DNA of 64,000 nucleotides from Candidatus Latescibacterota bacterium. Its GTDB lineage: Bacteria; Latescibacterota; UBA2968; UBA8231. The position numbers and the translations under genes were made by a program. Where the stretch lies: positions 2,016,001 through 2,080,000 of the forward strand of contig OZ242318.1 in NCBI GenBank assembly GCA_965208105.1, written 5' to 3'. A model generated the notes under the pieces. The model had not been told where the DNA came from and did not search any database. It was given only the letters and a program-made list of their open reading frames with translations. Positions 57,462 to 64,000 of the stretch are shown piece by piece. Positions within the stretch are counted from its first letter, which is position 1. Every line of letters starts with the position of its first letter.

Positions 57462-59336
57462 TCAAAGATCGGCGGCAGAGCGCCGCGGGGTCTGACCGTT
57501 CGTGCCCCAGTCGAGCCCGGGACGCAAATCCGCCACCGCTTCGGCCACCTGGCCCATATGGGTGCCGTCCACGGTTGCATCCAGGGTGAAAGCCTGGCGG
57601 CGGTAGGTTGCAGGTTGGCCGGCGGGCACCCGCAAAACGAAGTCGACCACCTGCTTATCACCGGGAGCCGCCGTGATCCTGCCGCGGTCCGGGCTGGCGG
57701 ACCAGCCCGCGGGCAAAACGAGGTGGTACTCAAGTGTCGATTCCCTGTCGAAGATGTTTTCGTACCAAACCTGCATCCGCACCTGCCCGCCGGGTGCCAC
57801 CGGCGGCTGGTAGGGATAGAGGAAGATGTAGTCGGGATAGATGGCCTGCTCGAGCACTGCGGGCGCGGCCAGATCGCGCCAGTGCTCCTGCTCCTTGAAA
57901 CACCAGTCGTGAAAGCCGCGCCAGTCCTCCGGGCCCATCTCGTGGGGACCGCCGTGGCCGGGGCAGGCGATCTCTGGCTGGTGCTCCAGATAGAGCCTGC
58001 CGGTTATTTCGTGGGAATTCGCGTGCACATGGTTGCGCCAGACATTGTTGGAAACATACCGTCCTTCGCCGCGCAAACCCACCTCATCGCCCGAAAACGC
58101 CACCCTCCTGCCGTCGATCTCGCCAAACATCGCCATGTGGTAGTCGGCGTGTCCCGGCGAATGAAATACCTGAAACTCGTACTCCTCCCATTTGAACCTC
58201 TCGCCCTGGGCCAGGCCCCGTTCGATCGCCACCGGTTCCGGGTAGGTGCAGCCCAGCTTGTAGCCGTGGGGGTGGCGCATGATGTCCACCATGTTCTCGA
58301 AACACCAGACGCGGGTGCCGTGGTGCCGCTGCAGGTAGGGCAGGCCGTTCACGTGGTCGTCGTGGTAGTGGCTGGGCAGGGCCAGGTCGATCTGCCGGAC
58401 GCCGAAATTGGCGCGCAGCAGGTCGAGGTTGTGCTCCTGCATGCGCAGCCGGTTGCCGGCCTCGAAAAAGACCGAGAACGAGTACATGAAGGTGAGGCTC
58501 TGGGAGCCGTAATCGACGAAAAGGGCCTTGCCCGAGTCGCTGACCACGATCCAGGTATTGGAGCAGCCGGAGATTTGCAGTAAATGGGGCAAGATGGCCC
58601 TGGGCCCAATGTCGTGGGTAGGCGTGTCGATGCTCCAGCGATGCTGCATGTAGGCGCGGAACTTCTCTTCCAGCGCCTGCAGCGCCGGTCCGGTGTCGCG
58701 CAGGGGGTCGCCGTGGGAGGGACAGAGCAGGCCGCAGCTCTGCTCGCGCATCTTGGCCAGTGAATAGACCATGTAGTCGCAGCCGTCGGCGGACCCATAG
58801 GCGAATTGCAGGTCGTAGAGGGTCTGCACCTTGCCCGGCGCCGCGATCAGATCGCCGCTGAAGCCGACGCGGACACCGTCGATCTGGGCAACCAGGGCAA
58901 TCTGGCCCAATGTGTGGCCCGGAGCAGGCTGGATGAAGAAGCTGTAGGAACCCCATGTAAAGGTCTCGTAATCCTCCAGAACCCGCGCGGTGCGCACGCT
59001 CTGCGCCAGGGTGAAGAAGGTCTGGCGCACATCGTAGATACCGTAGATCTGGCGCGAGCCCCAGAATACCTCCACCTCTTCGAAATAGGGAAGTTCGTGG
59101 GCCGGCACAGCAATGGGGATGTTGCGCTCGTTGGCCAGATGGTCTCCCTGGCACTGGTCGCGGTGGTGGTGGGTGTGCAGAATCCAGTCGACCTGCGCGA
59201 TCCCCAGCGTGGCGAGCTCGTCGAGCACGGCGCCGCTGCCGAAGTCGATGAGCACGGCCCTGGAGCCCTCGCGGACCACGTAGACATTGCAGACATCGCG
59301 GAAGAGAAAGAGATTGTCGGATAGTTTTTCCAGCAT
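57462..59336 (-). CDS. Tandem MBL-fold metallo-hydrolase
   Basis: THHHRDQ...PGHT and SHYHDDH...PGH. Confidence 0.85.
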   Translation of the reverse strand: MLEKLSDNLFLFRDVCNVYVVREGSRAVLIDFGSGAVLDELATLGIAQVDWILHTHHHRDQCQGDHLANERNIPIAVPAHELPYFEEVEVFWGSRQIYGIYDVRQTFFTLAQSVRTARVLEDYETFTWGSYSFFIQPAPGHTLGQIALVAQIDGVRVGFSGDLIAAPGKVQTLYDLQFAYGSADGCDYMVYSLAKMREQSCGLLCPSHGDPLRDTGPALQALEEKFRAYMQHRWSIDTPTHDIGPRAILPHLLQISGCSNTWIVVSDSGKALFVDYGSQSLTFMYSFSVFFEAGNRLRMQEHNLDLLRANFGVRQIDLALPSHYHDDHVNGLPYLQRHHGTRVWCFENMVDIMRHPHGYKLGCTYPEPVAIERGLAQGERFKWEEYEFQVFHSPGHADYHMAMFGEIDGRRVAFSGDEVGLRGEGRYVSNNVWRNHVHANSHEITGRLYLEHQPEIACPGHGGPHEMGPEDWRGFHDWCFKEQEHWRDLAAPAVLEQAIYPDYIFLYPYQPPVAPGGQVRMQVWYENIFDRESTLEYHLVLPAGWSASPDRGRITAAPGDKQVVDFVLRVPAGQPATYRRQAFTLDATVDGTHMGQVAEAVADLRPGLDWGTNGQTPRRSAADL

Positions 59337-59583
59337 AGGTCCGGCTCCTCAGGCCTGGGGCCGTAGATTGGGTTAAAGCTGCAGGCAACCTTAGTTTCTT
59401 CTCGACACGATGGCTCCGATTCCATTCCCCGGACAGCGCCACGGCGTCTTGCCCGGCGGCAACCTATTGTATACACTCGAAACCGCACCTCGTCAACCTG
59501 CCTGAGAACTCCCCCGCCGGTAAGCCCGGGATGGCCTGATTCGGGGCCTCGAACCCCCTGTTTTCTGCGAAAGGAAGGCGAAA

Positions 59584-60675
59584 ATGAACGCTAGATTCCG
59601 CGTCGGCGTCATCGCCAGCGGCCGCATCGCCAGGTCCCACGGACGCGGCTGGAGCCAGTGCGAGCACACCGAGATTGCCGCGATCGCCGATACCCACCCC
59701 GAAGCGCTGGCCAGCTATGCCGAGGACTTCGGGGTCGAGTCCCGCTACCACGATTACCGCGAAATGCTGGACAATGAAGACCTGGACATCGTCAGCGTCT
59801 GTTCATGGGATCCCCACCACGCCGAAATGACCATTGCCGCCTGTTCCCGCAAGCCCAGGGCGGTCCTCTGCGAAAAGCCCATGGCCGTCTCCCTGGGCGA
59901 GGCGGAGGCCATGATCGTTGCCGCCGAACGCAACGGCGTCAAGCTGGCCATCGGCCACCAGCGCCGGTTCTACCCGCGCTGGCGCGAGGCGCGGCGGCTG
60001 ATCGCCGACGGGGCCATCGGCAGGCCGCAGCGCCTGTGGTCGTCGGTCAGGTCCGGACTGATGAACACCGGCACCCACTGCCTGGATTGCCAGCTCTTCG
60101 TCCTTGGAGACCCCCGGGCCGAATGGGTCATGGGAGCGGTCGAACGCCACAGCGACCATCACATCTTCGGGCATAGAGTGGAGGACCGTTGCGCCGGTAT
60201 TATCGGATATCCCGGTGGGGTGGAAGGGGTGATCGAGAACGAGATGAACGATGCCAACCTGGTCGGCGCCGCCATCTACGGCGAAGAGGGAATGATGGTG
60301 GTGGACGACGACAGCCTGCGACTGATGACCGCAGCCACCGGGGGTTGGAGGGAAACCGGACCCGGCGGGCAGGCAGGAGCCGGCAACAGCGACGCCTTTG
60401 CCGAACAGGCCAACGGCATCTGCAGATGGATAGATGGTGAGTTCGACGACTACCCCGGCAAGGCCGAATACGGCAAGTCGGCCACCGAGATCATGATGGC
60501 GCTGTACGAGTCTGCCCGCCTGCACGAGCGCGTTATCCTGCCATTGCAGACCCGGGCAAACCCCCTGGACGTGGCCGTGGAGGAGGGCGTCATCCCGGTA
60601 ACCCGCCCGGGAGTTTGGGACGAGCGCTCTTTCCTGGTTCGAGGCGAAAGCATGAGCTGGATCGGGGACAAATGA
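59584..60675 (+). CDS. Gfo/Idh/MocA oxidoreductase
   Basis: VGVIASGRIA, LCEKPMA, GHQRRF. Confidence 0.9.
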   Translation: MNARFRVGVIASGRIARSHGRGWSQCEHTEIAAIADTHPEALASYAEDFGVESRYHDYREMLDNEDLDIVSVCSWDPHHAEMTIAACSRKPRAVLCEKPMAVSLGEAEAMIVAAERNGVKLAIGHQRRFYPRWREARRLIADGAIGRPQRLWSSVRSGLMNTGTHCLDCQLFVLGDPRAEWVMGAVERHSDHHIFGHRVEDRCAGIIGYPGGVEGVIENEMNDANLVGAAIYGEEGMMVVDDDSLRLMTAATGGWRETGPGGQAGAGNSDAFAEQANGICRWIDGEFDDYPGKAEYGKSATEIMMALYESARLHERVILPLQTRANPLDVAVEEGVIPVTRPGVWDERSFLVRGESMSWIGDK

Positions 60676-61143
60676 CGCGGAGAGCCAGGTGTTGAGCGAC
60701 CTGATCAATGGTGAGCAGGACCCTGGAGACCCTCGCCGCCGCCGAAGCAACCGCCGGATTCGGGCTCGGGAACACAGTGCAGGCGAACTCGGTAGCCGAC
60801 GCCCTCCGTTCATCCTTGTCCGGTTGCCCCGCATGGCTGCCCCTGTAGATGAAATCCAAATGACGCACCTATCAATGCCACCGAGCCTGTACCCAGCCAG
60901 GTTCCAAGGCCTACGGGCTCAGAGGCAGCCGGAATAGAAACCAAGGAACTCCTCCTCGATTTGTAGGCCAGCCTCTCAACTTCGAGCGTCCAGCCGCCCC
61001 GCTCCTGTTCGGTCAGCGCCCAATAGCACCAACTCCGTGTGGCTCATGCCTGAGCCCCGTTCATCTCCTCCGCGCTCCATCTTGAGTAGCGTTCCTCTTC
61101 GGAAAATCGTATATTCAGATGATAATATCTGAGTGAGGTCAAA

Positions 61144-61164
61144 GATGGATGGTTCAGGTCCATC
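61144..61164. promoter_or_regulatory. Inverted repeat upstream of rrf2, candidate Rrf2 operator
   Basis: GATGGA-N9-TCCATC, ending 26 bp before the ATG. Confidence 0.45.
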
Positions 61165-61190
61165 AGATGGTTCCCAATAGATAGTAGCGC

Positions 61191-61604
61191 ATGCTCCTCT
61201 CCCAATCCGCACGGTACGCCCTGCGCGCCGCCATCTATCTCGCCAAGCGCGACGGCGAGTGGCATCTGAGTCACGAAATTGCTGCTTCCCTTGGCGTGCC
61301 AGCCCAGTATCTTGCAAAGATCCTGAAGGACTTGACCCGTCATGGGGTGCTGACTTCCACCCGAGGACGGGGTGGCGGGTTCCGTCTGGCCCATCCCGCG
61401 GGGCAAATCGACTTGCTGCGTGTTGTCCAGGCCATCGATGTCCAGCGTTTCGACAAGCATTGCGTCCTCGGACTCCCCGACTGCTCCGATGAGAGGCCCT
61501 GCGTCCTGCACGAGTCGTGGAGCCACCTCCGCGATGAGATCTTGCGGATGCTGAAGGACACCTATCTTTCTGACCTATCCCGAGGACATCCACTCCGCGC
61601 CTGA
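61191..61604 (+). CDS. Rrf2-family transcriptional regulator with three C-terminal Cys
   Basis: YALRAAIYLA, YLAKILKDL, STRGRGGGFRL, C-x6-C-x5-C. Confidence 0.92.
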   Translation: MLLSQSARYALRAAIYLAKRDGEWHLSHEIAASLGVPAQYLAKILKDLTRHGVLTSTRGRGGGFRLAHPAGQIDLLRVVQAIDVQRFDKHCVLGLPDCSDERPCVLHESWSHLRDEILRMLKDTYLSDLSRGHPLRA

Positions 61605-61793
61605 AGCCAGCCTCGCCAACCGCTTCTCCCAATTCGGTCTCTGAGGGTCCGGCAGCTCAAGAACCAGATCCTACCACTTGAGTTCCATGACAGGCCCACT
61701 CGAACCTGATTAGAGACCACTGGGTAAATAGACAAACATATCCGAATATATTATATTAATCTTAATCTCTCAACTCATTTGAAGGGGACAACC

Positions 61794-62093
61794 GTGCCTG
61801 TCTGCAGCTATCTCGTCTTCCCTCGGCCCGGCGCCTCGGGCTTGGCTGGGCGGCTAGCGACCTTGCCGGGGTGTTTGGTGACGCCGGCCGAGAACGCCGA
61901 GGTGCTCATCCTGGTGACCGAGACCGCCGACGAGACCGCCGATGAAGAGCTGCGCGACACGTTGCGATTGGAGGATGACATCCAGTGCCTGGTGCTGACC
62001 TTCGGTGAGGTGGACCAGGATCCGGGGCCACGGGCTAGATGGAACCGGAACTGCCAAAAGGGACACGCAACGGCTCACAGGAGAGGCCGATGA
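61794..62093 (+). CDS. napD: NapD-like chaperone
   Basis: MPVCSYLV...LILVTET; ATGA overlap with napA. Confidence 0.65.
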   Translation: MPVCSYLVFPRPGASGLAGRLATLPGCLVTPAENAEVLILVTETADETADEELRDTLRLEDDIQCLVLTFGEVDQDPGPRARWNRNCQKGHATAHRRGR

Positions 62094-64000
62094 CCGAACC
62101 ACTGACTCGCAGAGACTTCATGCTCCGCATGGCACACTCTGCCGCGGCCGCGGCGGCGATGAGCCTGATCCCCGGGGTTTCCTTCGCCGCCTGGGAAGAG
62201 CTGGACGCCGACACCAGCGACATCGATTGGCGCAAGACGCCGTGCCGCTTTTGCGGTGTCGGCTGCGGCCTTCTGGTCGGTGTCGCCGCTGGCCGAGCCG
62301 TGGCGGTAAAGGGGGATCCGGCCTCGCCAGTAAACCGGGGGCTCGCCTGTGTCAAAGGCTACCACTCAGTGCAGGCCCTGTATGGCAGCGACCGGCTGAA
62401 GACCGCCTTTGTGCGGCACCAGAGGCGGCTCGTGGAAGTACCCGTGCAGGAGGCCCTCGACCTGGTGGCGGCGAAGATGCGGGAGACGATCGAGGATCAC
62501 GGAAAGGACGCTGTCGCAATCTACGGTTCGGGGCAGTGGACGATCCCCGACGGTTACGTCGCCAGCAAGCTGTTCAAAGGCGCCATCGGCACCAACAACG
62601 TCGAGGCCAACGCCCGCCTGTGCATGGCTTCGGCGGTGACTGGGTTTCTGACGAGTTTCGGCCTCGACGAGCCGATGGGCTGTTATGAAGACATAGACCA
62701 CGCCGATACCTTCGTCATCTGGGGCAACAACATGGCCGAGATGCACCCGGTGCTGTTCTCGCGCATCCTCGACCGAAGGTTGAAACACCCCGACACCGTG
62801 GTCGTCGATTTCGCCACGCGTACCACACGGACGAGTCACGCCGCGGACAAAGCGATCCTGTTCCACCCGCAAACCGATCTGGCCGTGGCCAACGCTATCT
62901 GCCATGAGATCATCGTCCACGGATGGGTGAACCGCGACTTCGTCCGACGCCACGTTGCCTTCAAGGCGGGAAAGACAAAGATCGGCTACGGCCTGGAGGA
63001 CCACTTCTCGTTCAGCGACCAAGCACGCGATATCTCCTTTGAGGACTACCGGCAGTTTCTCGCACAGTACACACCCGAGAAGGTAGAACAGATGTCCGGT
63101 GTCCCGGCCGATGACATCCGCTACCTGGCTGCCCTGTACGGCGATCCGGCACGCAAGGTGGTCTCCTTCTGGTGCATGGGCATGAACCAGCACACCCGCG
63201 GCACGTGGATCAACAACCTGGTCTATAACATCCACTTGCTCACTGGGAAGATCTCCCAGCCGGGCAACGGGCCGTTCTCATTGACCGGCCAGCCGAGCGC
63301 CTGCGGCACGGTGCGCGAGGTCGGCACCATGACCCACAAGTTGCCGCACGGCGTGGTGACCAAGGCGGAGCACCGGGCCCTGGCGGCCAAGATCTGGGGC
63401 GTACCCGTAGACAACATCCCGGCCAAGCCCACTTACCACACGGTGGAGATGTTCCGCGCCCTCGACCGCGGCGATGTGCGCTTCCTGTGGGTCCAGGTCA
63501 CCAACCCGATGGTTACGATGCCGAAGCTGAACCGCTACCGCGACGGAGCGCGCAAGGAAGGGCGCTTCGTCGTCGTGTCGGACGTGTACCCGACGCCCAC
63601 GACCCAGATCGCCGATGTCATTCTGCCGTCGGCCATGTGGATCGAGCGCGAGGGCCTGTACGGTAACTCGGAGCGACGCACCCAGCACTTCGACCAGCTG
63701 GTGGCGCCGCCGGGAGAGGCCATGTCGGATACCTGGCAGCTGATCGAAGTAGCGCGGCGTCTGGGATTCGAGAAGCAGTTCCCCTGGTCCTACGAGACCC
63801 ACATCGGCGCCATCTGGGAGGAATACCGCCAGTTCCACGACACCCCGAAACACGCGATGGCCTCCTACGACGAGCTGCGCCGGCGACCGGGCGTAATGTG
63901 GCCGTTCGTCGATGGCAAGGAGACCCAATGGCGCTACAACAGCGCCCTCGACCCGGCGGCCGACCCGTCCCGCGGCGCCTTCGACTTCTACGGCAAGCCC
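62090..64000 (+). CDS. napA: Periplasmic nitrate reductase catalytic subunit (partial, runs off window)
   Basis: Tat signal TRRDF, CRFCGVGC...CVKG, GSGQW, NARLCMASA, NMAEMHP, SLTGQPSACG. Confidence 0.92.
   Translation, partial: MTEPLTRRDFMLRMAHSAAAAAAMSLIPGVSFAAWEELDADTSDIDWRKTPCRFCGVGCGLLVGVAAGRAVAVKGDPASPVNRGLACVKGYHSVQALYGSDRLKTAFVRHQRRLVEVPVQEALDLVAAKMRETIEDHGKDAVAIYGSGQWTIPDGYVASKLFKGAIGTNNVEANARLCMASAVTGFLTSFGLDEPMGCYEDIDHADTFVIWGNNMAEMHPVLFSRILDRRLKHPDTVVVDFATRTTRTSHAADKAILFHPQTDLAVANAICHEIIVHGWVNRDFVRRHVAFKAGKTKIGYGLEDHFSFSDQARDISFEDYRQFLAQYTPEKVEQMSGVPADDIRYLAALYGDPARKVVSFWCMGMNQHTRGTWINNLVYNIHLLTGKISQPGNGPFSLTGQPSACGTVREVGTMTHKLPHGVVTKAEHRALAAKIWGVPVDNIPAKPTYHTVEMFRALDRGDVRFLWVQVTNPMVTMPKLNRYRDGARKEGRFVVVSDVYPTPTTQIADVILPSAMWIEREGLYGNSERRTQHFDQLVAPPGEAMSDTWQLIEVARRLGFEKQFPWSYETHIGAIWEEYRQFHDTPKHAMASYDELRRRPGVMWPFVDGKETQWRYNSALDPAADPSRGAFDFYGKP

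Overview
The window has two parts. (1) Positions 1 to ~45,050 hold a large integron-like cassette array that runs off the left edge. It has ~50 mostly single-gene cassettes, all on the minus strand, separated by ~50 imperfect palindromes of 65-160 bp that read C-NNN-TAAC ... GTTA-NNN-G on the + strand. The cargo is mainly SAM methyltransferases, GNAT acetyltransferases, APH-like kinases, nucleotidyltransferase/GrpB proteins, NUDIX/HAD/histidine phosphatases and hydrolases. It also includes two toxin-antitoxin cassettes, three duplicated cassettes, one gene-less cassette, several pseudogenes and an IS630 insertion. The array ends at an attI-like site (~45039-45080) next to a divergent tyrosine recombinase gene (45252-46190) that has an in-frame TAA. 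The system looks non-canonical. The recombinase lacks the IntI-specific I2-helix insertion. The sites are branched hairpins without the classical extrahelical base and have dif/XerC-like arms. Many cassettes have extended terminal inverted repeats with a recurring G/A asymmetry. A single classical 59-bp attC sits inside one cassette. (2) Positions ~46,400-64,000 are GC-richer chromosomal backbone: PhyH dioxygenases, sulfatase, enolase-superfamily enzyme, cupin, SDR, GH32, sirtuin, GHMP kinase, MetE-like protein, MBL protein, Gfo/Idh/MocA oxidoreductase, and an Rrf2 regulator upstream of napD-napA. All calls were made by eye from the sequence and ORF track; no searches were run.
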